A DNA stretch of 41,763 nucleotides from Gammaproteobacteria bacterium (GCA_012103395.1 WLWV01000001.1:1-41763), one strand, 5' to 3'. Shown: positions 29,526 through 38,330, counted from the first letter of the stretch. The notes: generated from the sequence alone by a model not told the origin. Made by a program: numbers and translations.

Positions 29526-29711
29526 ATGAACACTCAAGATTCGACTATTGAGGTCGAAGAGGCAGCTGACTCACATCGACCAACACACCCAGAGGTAATC
29601 ATTCACATGGCGTCTGAAGATGACCCTACTACCCGATTCATTCAAAGCGATAAAATTGTGAAAGTCGCGGTTAGGTCACTCGGCGGTAAGCGATCTAGTG
29701 TATGTGCTTAA
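29526..29711 (+). CDS. Hypothetical small acidic protein (61 aa)
   Basis: The ORF starts 57 nt after the oxygenase stop. GGGGAAAG lies just upstream of the ATG. An AAGCTTT-TAGTC-AAAGCTT hairpin sits immediately downstream. No family is recognised. Confidence 0.3.
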   Translation: MNTQDSTIEVEEAADSHRPTHPEVIIHMASEDDPTTRFIQSDKIVKVAVRSLGGKRSSVCA

Positions 29712-29974
29712 TGTTATCAAGCTTTTAGTCAAAGCTTAAACGAAGAAATAGACAAGTGACATCGCGGCTTTTTTATTGCTGGATGGCTTTCTAGATTGCA
29801 CTACTAATCTTCTAACAAGTACGCCAATCAGATTAGTTTTAGCACAAACAGATTTGGGCAATGCTGAAAATTAGGCCTATGAAACTAAACTGTCTAATAC
29901 CCCAATTCCCGAATCCTTCATCGCCCCTAACCGATATATACTCCAGCGCTACACTTCCATGAAAAACTCAAGAA

Positions 29975-30466
29975 ATGAAAAAGGTTGATCTTGACGCCAC
30001 TGATATTCGCATACTTAGTGCGGTGCAGCGGAATGGTTATCTGAGCAAAACCAAGTTGGCGGAGGCAGTCAATCTCTCTCCAACACCTTGCTGGGCCCGA
30101 TTGAGCAAGCTCAATAAGGCAGGATTGATACGTGGATATCATGCCGACATAGCACTTGGTCTTATTGCTGATTTCACTCAAGTCATTGTGACTCTGTCGC
30201 TAGAAAATCATCGAAAGTCAGATTTTGACCGATTCGAAACACATGTCCGCAACTTGGACGAAGTGGTGGAATGTATCGCGACTGGCGGTGGAACTGACTA
30301 TGTGATGAAGGTGATTACCCCAAACCTTGCAGCATTCCAAGTCTTGATGGATACGATACTCTCAGCGGAATTGGGGATTGACCGTTTTATGACCTACATA
30401 GTGACCCGAGAGATCAAATCGTCCAAACCAAATCTTTCGAAATTGATTCCAAAGGAAACTCTCTGA
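29975..30466 (+). CDS. Lrp/AsnC family transcriptional regulator
   Basis: 163-aa ORF. The N-terminal wHTH is LDATDIRILSAVQRNGYLSKTKLAEAVNLSPTPCWARLSKLNKAGLIRGY, followed by a C-terminal RAM/AsnC-type ligand domain. Confidence 0.9.
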   Translation: MKKVDLDATDIRILSAVQRNGYLSKTKLAEAVNLSPTPCWARLSKLNKAGLIRGYHADIALGLIADFTQVIVTLSLENHRKSDFDRFETHVRNLDEVVECIATGGGTDYVMKVITPNLAAFQVLMDTILSAELGIDRFMTYIVTREIKSSKPNLSKLIPKETL

Positions 30467-30651
30467 GAAGTATATCGGCTCGCTGAGCTGTAAAGAGACC
30501 AAACGGTTTGAACCGCAAAGAAAATAAAACCATTTGGTCTTTCTTTGCAAAAACTAGAGCCCATTATAGTGCGCGTTTACTGATAGTATTTTGTTGAATT
30601 CGATACACCCTTCACGGCCAACTTAGCGCTACATCAGAAAAGACAAACATT

Positions 30652-31797
30652 ATGGCAAACGCAGATGATTTTGGTTTCGGTACCCAAATTCGAAAATCCC
30701 CCTATTTTGACGCAACAGTCCGTTGGGGTGCTCAAGCATTTTCAGTTTACAATCACATGTATATCCCACGCGATTTTGGTGATCCAGAGCAGAATTTCTG
30801 GAACCTGATCAATGATGCGATCTTGTGCGATGTAGCGGTTGAGCGTCAGGTGGAAATCACGGGTCCTGATGCTGCGCAATTCGTTCAGATGCTCACACCA
30901 CGAGACCTCTCAAATCTTGCGGTAGGGCAGTGCAAATATATCTTGATCACCAACGCTGAGGGGGGCATTCTTAACGACCCTGTTCTGCTACGACTGGCGG
31001 AAAACCGCTTCTGGATTTCCCTTGCAGACAGTGACATATTGTTGTGGGCGCAGGGTGTCGCAGTGCATTCAGGTATGGATGTTACCATTGCTGAACCCGA
31101 TGTCTCTCCCTTACAGCTACAAGGGCCGAAATCTGGCGATATCATGAAGGCCTTATTCGGGGAGGGCATCATGGACTTGCGTTATTACTGGCTACGGGAG
31201 GTTGAATTAAACAACATTTCACTAATTGTATCTCGCACTGGATGGTCAAGTGAACTCGGCTATGAACTGTATTTACGAGATGGTTCTCGTGGTAACGATT
31301 TATGGGAAATGATTATGGCTGCAGGCAAACCTTTCGGCCTCAAACCCGGCCACACCTCGTCCATACGTCGTATTGAGGGAGGTATGCTCTCCTATCATGC
31401 TGATGCGGACATTAATACTAATCCTTATGAGCTCGGAATAGGCCGGCTTGTTGATTTGAATATGGCGGCTGAGTTTATTGGCAAATCCGCATTACAAAAA
31501 ATCCATGACATCGGTGTGGCCCGCAAGCAAGTAGGGTTAATCATCGAAGGCCCTCCTCTCAAAGGGCCGAACACGCGCTTCTGGGGAATTGTTAAGGATG
31601 GGAAAACTGTCGGCAGTGTGACATCTGCTGTTTACTCCCCTCGCCTTAAGAAGAACATCGCATTGGCAATGGTTTCGAAGAGCTGCACTGAGATCAGCAC
31701 GGCTCTCGAGGTTCAAAGTGCTTTGGGCGTAGTGGCAGCAATCGTTGTAGAAACACCGTTCTACGATCCAAAGAAAAAAATTGCATCAGCCGGCTAA
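30652..31797 (+). CDS. GcvT-family aminomethyltransferase, DmdA-like (THF-dependent demethylase candidate)
   Basis: 381-aa ORF. It shares many motifs with recalled DMSP demethylase DmdA sequences rather than with canonical GcvT: SVYNHM, VERQVEITGPDAAQFVQMLTPRDLS, EGGILNDPVLLRLAENRFWISLADSDILLWAQG, IAEPDVSPLQLQGPKS, IRRIEGGMLSY and NPYE. No gcvH or gcvP lies nearby. Confidence 0.6.
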   Translation: MANADDFGFGTQIRKSPYFDATVRWGAQAFSVYNHMYIPRDFGDPEQNFWNLINDAILCDVAVERQVEITGPDAAQFVQMLTPRDLSNLAVGQCKYILITNAEGGILNDPVLLRLAENRFWISLADSDILLWAQGVAVHSGMDVTIAEPDVSPLQLQGPKSGDIMKALFGEGIMDLRYYWLREVELNNISLIVSRTGWSSELGYELYLRDGSRGNDLWEMIMAAGKPFGLKPGHTSSIRRIEGGMLSYHADADINTNPYELGIGRLVDLNMAAEFIGKSALQKIHDIGVARKQVGLIIEGPPLKGPNTRFWGIVKDGKTVGSVTSAVYSPRLKKNIALAMVSKSCTEISTALEVQSALGVVAAIVVETPFYDPKKKIASAG

Positions 31798-32272
31798 GGA
31801 GAAACCGCATGGTTAGACTTTCCATTCAACTGTGTTGGTAACGCTCAGCATCCGATTTACATCTAGGTCGGCTTTCTAACAATCATGTTTACGCTACACC
31901 GATAACTTTGAGCTGCCGGTACACTCCCTCCAGATTTAGGGCACAGACACAACCAGCACCGAAAGCGCGATCTGTTGCGACCTCAAGGCTATTAAAATGA
32001 CGTTTCTATTTCTCTGCCTTTGGATGCCCGGTTGACTTATGGCGAGCTTTGTTAGGATAGCGCAGCAGCCTATCTTGGAAAGAATCCCTAAGGTAAAATG
32101 GTGGCTGCCCTCGTTGACTTCCATAGTCAGTTTCAATGGCGGCTTCAGGATAAAGGACGCAACGCTGGAGGCGATGCGTCATCAATTGCATCCTGACTCA
32201 ACTCTGGCGAACACGTTGCCCGAAAGTATTGAAATGCACATTATTTGAGACTACTAATAGTAAATTGAAACT

Positions 32273-33085
32273 ATGACCCATACTGTATATTCACCTGATA
32301 TCTTGTTGAGAGAACTCGACGAAAAAGGAATTCTTCGCGTGACACTCAATGATGTTGGTCGGCGTAACGCTCTGTCTGAGTCGATGCTGGAGCAACTGGG
32401 CGCAGCGTTTGCCGATGCTTCGGACAATGCGGCAACCCGCGTGGTAATTTTGGCGGCGAATGGACCTGCCTTCTGTGCGGGGCATGACCTTAAGCAAATG
32501 ACAGCGAAACGGTCAGAACCCGACCAAGGGCAAGCCTATTTCACCGATATGATGGCGCTGTGTTCCGGCGTGATGCAGTCAATTGTGAACTGTTCTAAAC
32601 CGGTAATTGCCGAGATCGCTGGCGTGGCAACGGCCGCTGGTTGTCAACTAGTGGCAAGCTGCGATCTCGCCATTGCTTCGAACAGTGCACAGTTCAGCAC
32701 CCCAGGGGTTCATATTGGGCTTTTCTGCTCAACGCCAATGGTTGCCTTGTCTCGGAACCTCTCTAACAAACACTCCATGGAAATGCTGTTGACTGGTGAT
32801 ATGACGTCTGCTGCGCGAGCCGCTGAAATAGGTCTGATTAATCGAGTTGTATCGGACGAAGACCTTCGCGGTGCCACCCTAGAATTGGCTCAAAAGATCG
32901 CATCGAAGTCTAGCATGACGCTGGCCACAGGAAAGCGTGCCTTTTACCAACAACGTGAGATGTCGTTACCGGAGGCTTATACCTATGCTTCGAGCGTGAT
33001 GGTAGAGAATATGCTAGCGCAGGATGCTAAAGAAGGGATTTCTGCCTTCATCGAAAAACGCGCTCCACAGTGGCAGAATACATAA
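32273..33085 (+). CDS. Enoyl-CoA hydratase/isomerase (crotonase) family protein, ECHDC3-like
   Basis: 270-aa ORF with FCAGHDLKQM, AAGCQLVASCDLAIAS, STPGVHIGLFCSTPMVAL and EGISAFIEKRAPQW. It closely resembles the recalled ECHDC3-type subfamily. Confidence 0.85.
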   Translation: MTHTVYSPDILLRELDEKGILRVTLNDVGRRNALSESMLEQLGAAFADASDNAATRVVILAANGPAFCAGHDLKQMTAKRSEPDQGQAYFTDMMALCSGVMQSIVNCSKPVIAEIAGVATAAGCQLVASCDLAIASNSAQFSTPGVHIGLFCSTPMVALSRNLSNKHSMEMLLTGDMTSAARAAEIGLINRVVSDEDLRGATLELAQKIASKSSMTLATGKRAFYQQREMSLPEAYTYASSVMVENMLAQDAKEGISAFIEKRAPQWQNT

Positions 33086-33223
33086 GCGAGTTCCGACAAA
33101 CCGTTGCGGTGAGGGGATCCTGTTCAAAATCCAAAAAATTTGCAACCGTTGTCCCCTGACATTGCCAGAACATGGGGACAAGTGCTTTTTCAAATCTCAA
33201 CTCAGCTATTCAAGGGAAGCTTT

Positions 33224-33388
33224 ATGCAACTAGGGCGAATTCCAAATCTGGCCGAGGTAGCTGGACTTCCAACGTCATTGCATGCACAAATAGGCCACGC
33301 AGCCGAGAAAACCACTATAGTCGACTTGGCGCATGCCTTGTCCGCTATGCAGAAGAACGTAGAAACAGCCGATCAGACAACCGGCTAA
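33224..33388 (+). CDS. Hypothetical small protein (54 aa from an internal ATG of track ORF 33140..33388)
   Basis: ATG at 33224 is preceded by AAGGGAAG 5-6 nt upstream. The product is MQLGRIPNLAEVAGLPTSLHAQIGHAAEKTTIVDLAHALSAMQKNVETADQTTG. No family is recognised. Confidence 0.25.
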   Translation: MQLGRIPNLAEVAGLPTSLHAQIGHAAEKTTIVDLAHALSAMQKNVETADQTTG

Positions 33389-33597
33389 CTCAATTTTTAT
33401 TGTTCGTGCGATACCATAGGTCCCAAACTCCCTTCTGGCCCTTTCAAAATGGCATGTAATGAGCAGTGAAGCGCTGCGCTTTTAAGCGTGTGGACTTTCT
33501 TCAACGCTCACCGAGTCCGTTCTCAGTTTGTTTTTCAATTACCCTAAAATGCTAAAAACGCACTGCAAACAAAATATCTCTAAAACTAGCATCTAAG

Positions 33598-33674
33598 TGG
33601 CGCGCCCGGAAGGATTCGAACCTCCGACCCCCTGGTTCGTAGCCAGGTACTCTATCCAGCTGAGCTACGGGCGC
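33598..33674 (-). tRNA. tRNA-Arg (anticodon ACG)
   Basis: The minus strand reads GCGCCCGTAGCTCAGCTGGATAGAGTACCTGGCTACGAACCAGGGGGTCGGAGGTTCGAATCCTTCCGGGCGCGCCA. It folds as a cloverleaf with a 7-bp acceptor stem, anticodon loop CTACGAA and encoded CCA. It is near-identical in D and T arms to the recalled E. coli tRNA-Arg(ACG). Confidence 0.95.
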
Positions 33675-33863
33675 TTTTAGCTACTTCATAAAAATTCAGA
33701 AGACGTGCAGATCTTACATCAAAGCAGGCATTTCAATTACAACTAGAACCTAACTCCTCAGGTTCAGTATATATTGATCCAACCTGCTCCTAAAAATTGA
33801 GCGCGGATCATACCCAAGTTCATTGTGAAATGCAATTACATCTGGGTATCCTAGGTTTGATTG

Positions 33864-33953
33864 TGGCGGAGAGAGAGGGATTCGAACCCTCGATACGCGT
33901 TAACGTATACACCCTTAGCAGGGGCGCGCCTTCAGCCACTCGGCCACCTCTCC
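33864..33953 (-). tRNA. tRNA-Ser (anticodon GCU), class II with long variable arm
   Basis: The minus strand reads GGAGAGGTGGCCGAGTGGCTGAAGGCGCGCCCCTGCTAAGGGTGTATACGTTAACGCGTATCGAGGGTTCGAATCCCTCTCTCTCCGCCA. The anticodon loop is CTGCTAA, the variable arm is long, and CCA is encoded. Confidence 0.95.
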
Positions 33954-34053
33954 GTATACAAACCAATCTTACAAAAAGCCGTTATTCAACTCCTAGTTAT
34001 TCAATAAGCACGACAGCAAACTCGTCGCGCGTCCTGATACAAGATCTCACTAG

Positions 34054-34308
34054 TTAGGAGTTGTGTGGATCTGGATGATCATATAAATCCGGATCATCAT
34101 AATCATCTTTTTCATAATTTCCACTATTGCCACCAGCACCATCCTGCTCATGCTTGATCCTATGGTAGATCTCTTCCCTATGAACGGGCACATCTTTCGG
34201 TGCATTAATCCCAATTCGAACTTGGTTTCCACGAACACCCAAAACCGTCAAACGTACTTCATCTCCGATATAAACCGATTCACCTATTCTACGGGTTAAG
34301 ATTAACAT
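34054..34308 (-). CDS. csrA: Carbon storage regulator CsrA/RsmA with extended acidic C-terminal tail
   Basis: The N-terminus is [52 protein letters not shown], the canonical CsrA fold. About 30 further residues follow the core ([32 protein letters not shown]). An AGGAG Shine-Dalgarno lies upstream. Confidence 0.93.
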   Translation of the reverse strand: MLILTRRIGESVYIGDEVRLTVLGVRGNQVRIGINAPKDVPVHREEIYHRIKHEQDGAGGNSGNYEKDDYDDPDLYDHPDPHNS

Positions 34309-34429
34309 TTTGCTCTGCTCCTGTGTTTATTAACATACTAATAGACATCAATTGATACATATCCATAAAACCATGGCACCTAGGTGTCAGGCCCGGAAAA
34401 TAAACAATTTCCTCAGTTCTTACAACCCC

Positions 34430-35662
34430 CTATAACAAATCATTAGTAAGATGTTCCAGACCGAAGGCTTTATGCAGCGTCCTAACGGCCAATTCTGCAT
34501 ATTCTTTATCGACTGTTACAGAGATCTTAATCTCTGAAGTTGAAATCATTTGTATATTGATAGATTTATCAGCAAGGGCTTGAAACATCGTTGTTGCAAC
34601 TCCGGCATGAGAGCGCATTCCTATTCCTACCACGGATATTTTGGCAAGGTTAGTGTCTCCTATCACTGTTTGCGCATCTAACTTATCTACCACTGGAGTG
34701 AGAAGCTCAACGCTTTTCTCCAGATCAGCGCCACTAACGGTAAAGGTAAAATCAGTCAGTCCATCAGACCCCACATTTTGAACTATCATATCAACATTAA
34801 TATGGGCGTCTGATACTGCGCCAATAATACTGTAAGCGATACCGGGCTTGTCAGGAACACCCCGTACTGTAATTTTTGCCTCATCCATATTGGCAGTAAT
34901 GCCCGAAATCAAAGGCTGCTCCATTGAACTCTCCTCATAGGTAATTAGTGTTCCAGGTCCTCCCTCAAAAGAAGACAGCACCCGGAGAGGAACATTATAT
35001 TTCCCAGCGAACTCCACTGAGCGAAGCTGTAGTATTTTAGCTCCCGCTCCAGACAACTCCAACATTTCTTCAAACGTAATTCGACCTAGACGTCTGGCTT
35101 CCGATACAACGCGAGGATCGGCTGTATAGACACCGTCAACATCCGTATAAATTCGACATTCGTCCGCTTTAAGCGCCGCAGCCAAAGCAACAGCAGTGGT
35201 ATCCGACCCACCTCTTCCCAGCGTGGTAATACTGCCCCCTTCATCAACGCCTTGAAAACCAGCAACGACCACTACCTGATCGTTATTAAGGTCGTTCATC
35301 ATTTTGTCGGAATCAATATGGACAATTCTGGCTTTACCATGGATATTGTCAGTCAGAATTTTTACCTGAGGACCAGTATATGAGCGAGCTCCCACACCGA
35401 GAGAATGCAAAGCCATCGCTAACAAAGCGATGGTCACTTGTTCGCCAGTAGAAACGAGCACATCCAACTCCCGATTGGATGGTTTGGAATTCACTTCATT
35501 GGCCAAAGACAACAGGCGATTCGTCTCACCGCTCATAGCAGAAACCACAACAACAACCCTGTCTCCCTTGGCGACAGACTCCGCTACATTCTTTGCTACA
35601 ACTTGGATTCTTTCAGGAGACCCAACCGAAGTACCACCATATTTTTCAACAATAAGGGACAA
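34430..35662 (-). CDS. lysC: Aspartate kinase (monofunctional, ACT-domain C-terminus)
   Basis: 410-aa ORF with VEKYGGTSVG, VVVVSAMSGETNRL and tandem ACT-like domains. It sits between alaS and csrA, as I recall for Pseudomonas. Confidence 0.93.
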   Translation of the reverse strand: MSLIVEKYGGTSVGSPERIQVVAKNVAESVAKGDRVVVVVSAMSGETNRLLSLANEVNSKPSNRELDVLVSTGEQVTIALLAMALHSLGVGARSYTGPQVKILTDNIHGKARIVHIDSDKMMNDLNNDQVVVVAGFQGVDEGGSITTLGRGGSDTTAVALAAALKADECRIYTDVDGVYTADPRVVSEARRLGRITFEEMLELSGAGAKILQLRSVEFAGKYNVPLRVLSSFEGGPGTLITYEESSMEQPLISGITANMDEAKITVRGVPDKPGIAYSIIGAVSDAHINVDMIVQNVGSDGLTDFTFTVSGADLEKSVELLTPVVDKLDAQTVIGDTNLAKISVVGIGMRSHAGVATTMFQALADKSINIQMISTSEIKISVTVDKEYAELAVRTLHKAFGLEHLTNDLL

Positions 35663-35738
35663 TCTTAACTCTGCTACTGTTTATTAGGCGGCGTATTAGA
35701 GCCGTTCTTAGGATAAATGTAAAGTATAAAAAGACGTT

Positions 35739-38330
35739 TTAGCTAATTGATTTAATCCATTCATGCACACTATTTTCAATTTTCGCTAAACCTTCAACGT
35801 CAGCACCTCCACCCTGAGCCAAAGCTGGTTTTCCACCTCCTTTTCCTTTCACTAATCCAGCCAGCAATCTGATCAACTCACCAGCGTGATATTCGTCACA
35901 CAGATCATTAGTGACGCCCCCTATGAGCGTAACTTTGCCATCTGTAGCCCCGCAAACCAATACAACTCCGCTTTGTAATTTGTCCTTCCATTGATCCACT
36001 GCCATTCTTAGGGATTTCACATCCGTGTCATCCTGTCTAATTACCACGACCTTGATTCCCGCCACCTCTTTCACCAAATCACTACCAGCGCGCCCCGACG
36101 TCGCCAATTGGGTTTGCAAAGAACGGATTTGCTGTTGTTGTTCTTTTTGTTGGGCAAGTAAGCTCGATATTCGCCCCACCATCTCATCCGGGCTGGATTT
36201 TAGTGCCGAAGCAGTTTGATCGATAATACTTACTTGAGAAAAAACATATGATTCTGCCGATTTTCCTGTCATCGCTTCGATTCGACGAACGCCCGCAGCT
36301 ATTCCTGTTTCATTTGTTACTTTAAAGAAACCAATATCTCCGGTGCGATTTACATGGGTACCACCACATAGTTCAAATGAGCGTTCTCCCATTCTAATGA
36401 CTCGGACATCAGTGCTATATTTTTCCCCGAAAAGCGCTTCAGCTCCCGCTGCCTTAGCATCGTCCAATTTCATCTGATTTTCAGACACCAAGTGGTTTTC
36501 ACGAATATAATGATTGACTAAATGCTCAATATTGATCAAATCGCTTTTTGATATTGGTTCAAAGTGGGAAAAATCAAAACGTAAACGATTAGCATCAACC
36601 AATGATCCCTTTTGTTGAACGTGCTCACCCAATACTGATTTCAAAGAAGCGTGTAGCAAATGAGTCGCCGAATGATTATTCGCAGTCATACTGCGCATAG
36701 CAGAATCCACCTCAGCCTCACCCGTTTCATTCAGGCGAATAAGACCGATCGCTAAACCATAATGCCCGATGATTTTATTGGCCAAATACTGGGTATTCGT
36801 TACCTGAAATATACCATCAGGAAAAACGACCCTTCCAGTATCACCAACCTGACCACCACTCTCTGCATAAAACGGTGTTTCACCAACAACCAGAATGCCT
36901 TCGTCTCCATCATTTAGCTCAGAAACCGGAGCCTCATCTTTCAACAAAGCCCGCACCGTCATAGTCCTATCCAATTCATGATAGCCTACAAAAGTAGTCG
37001 GCAAAACGTCATCGACTCTTATTTGGCCACCCTGCACAAATTGGCTGGCGGCACGAGCGCGAGATCGCTGCTGTTCCATGGCCTCGTTAAATCCGTTCGA
37101 ATCAATCTGCAGGTTACGCTCCCGAGCCACATCGGCAGTCAGATCTGATGGGAACCCAAAGGTGTCATAAAGCTTAAACACCACTGCGCCAGGAATCACT
37201 GCGTCTTGCAACAACTCTATTTCCTGATCCAGAATTTTCAGTCCAAGTTCCAATGTCTCATTAAACTTTTCGTTTTCCTGCTTCAGCATTTTTTCGATTA
37301 GCGGGGCCTTGTCTCCTAATTCAGGGTACGCATCCCCCATTTCCTCAACTAAAGGCTGGACCAGTTCATGCAGAAACGCATGCTGGCACCCCAACTGATA
37401 ACCATGTCTCACCGCACGACGAATAATTCGTCTAAGCACATAGCCCCGACCTTCATTGGAAGGCGTAACGCCATCAACAATGAGAAACGATGTTGATCGA
37501 ATGTGGTCAGCAATGACTCTCAGTGATTTGTTATTCAGATCCGCTGAATTCACCACAAGCGCTGTTTTCTTAATCAGCTTTTGAAACATATCTGTTTCGT
37601 AGTTACTGTGGACTCCTTGCAAGACCGCAGCAATTCGTTCCAATCCCATACCAGTGTCAACAGATGGTTTTGGCAAAGGCTCGAGTGTTCCATCAGCACT
37701 ACGATTGTATTGCATGAAAACTAGGTTCCAAATTTCCACGAAACGATCTCCATCTTCCTCAGGCGTTCCAGGGGGCCCACCTTCTACCTCTGGGCCGTGA
37801 TCAAAGAAAATTTCGGAACACGGACCACAGGGCCCCGTGTCACCCATTTGCCAGAAATTATCCTTAGCCCCAATTCGAGTAACACGCTCTGGAGACACAC
37901 CCATATCGTTAATCCATATTTCTGCCGCTTCGTCATCTTCCTCAAAGACGGTAATCCATAACTTCTCCGGCGATATTCCAAATTCTCCGGTCAATAGTTG
38001 CCACGCGAAACGGATTGCATCGTGTTTAAAGTAATCACCGAAGCTAAAGTTACCCAGCATTTCAAAGAAGGTATGGTGCCTTGCTGTATACCCGACATTC
38101 TCAAGATCATTGTGTTTACCCCCGGCTCGCACACAGCGCTGTGAGGTCACTGCCCGTTGATATTCTCTGGATTCATCACCCAAAAATACATCTTTGAATT
38201 GCACCATACCCGCATTCGTAAAAAGCAACGTCGCGTCGTTACCGGGCACAAGCGAGCTACTGGGCACTGGCTCATGCTGGTGTCCAGAAAAATACTCAAT
38301 AAACTTTTGTCTAATCTCGGTTGTTTTCAT
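35739..38330 (-). CDS. alaS: Alanine--tRNA ligase
   Basis: The track ORF extends to 38357. M10 (start 38330 by ORF arithmetic) gives MKTTEIRQKFIEYF..., matching the usual AlaS N-terminus. Motifs present are FTNAGMVQFK, HHTFFEMLGNFSFGDYFK, the editing-domain HSATHLLH and CGGTHV. Confidence 0.93.
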   Translation of the reverse strand: MKTTEIRQKFIEYFSGHQHEPVPSSSLVPGNDATLLFTNAGMVQFKDVFLGDESREYQRAVTSQRCVRAGGKHNDLENVGYTARHHTFFEMLGNFSFGDYFKHDAIRFAWQLLTGEFGISPEKLWITVFEEDDEAAEIWINDMGVSPERVTRIGAKDNFWQMGDTGPCGPCSEIFFDHGPEVEGGPPGTPEEDGDRFVEIWNLVFMQYNRSADGTLEPLPKPSVDTGMGLERIAAVLQGVHSNYETDMFQKLIKKTALVVNSADLNNKSLRVIADHIRSTSFLIVDGVTPSNEGRGYVLRRIIRRAVRHGYQLGCQHAFLHELVQPLVEEMGDAYPELGDKAPLIEKMLKQENEKFNETLELGLKILDQEIELLQDAVIPGAVVFKLYDTFGFPSDLTADVARERNLQIDSNGFNEAMEQQRSRARAASQFVQGGQIRVDDVLPTTFVGYHELDRTMTVRALLKDEAPVSELNDGDEGILVVGETPFYAESGGQVGDTGRVVFPDGIFQVTNTQYLANKIIGHYGLAIGLIRLNETGEAEVDSAMRSMTANNHSATHLLHASLKSVLGEHVQQKGSLVDANRLRFDFSHFEPISKSDLINIEHLVNHYIRENHLVSENQMKLDDAKAAGAEALFGEKYSTDVRVIRMGERSFELCGGTHVNRTGDIGFFKVTNETGIAAGVRRIEAMTGKSAESYVFSQVSIIDQTASALKSSPDEMVGRISSLLAQQKEQQQQIRSLQTQLATSGRAGSDLVKEVAGIKVVVIRQDDTDVKSLRMAVDQWKDKLQSGVVLVCGATDGKVTLIGGVTNDLCDEYHAGELIRLLAGLVKGKGGGKPALAQGGGADVEGLAKIENSVHEWIKSIS

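Noticed and set aside
27845-33597. Classical tRNA-associated genomic island (integrase plus att direct repeat of the tRNA-Arg 3' end).
   Set aside because: No integrase or recombinase ORF is present, and I saw no partial copy of TGGCGCGCCCGGAAGGATTCGAACC in the region. Only the weaker 'accessory islet' inference is retained.
33797-34057. 86-aa plus-strand ORF (TTG start) overlapping the tRNA-Ser gene and the csrA 3' end.
   Set aside because: It is fully explained by a well-folding tRNA-Ser on the opposite strand, so the ORF is spurious. The same reasoning applies to ORF 34050..34238 inside csrA.
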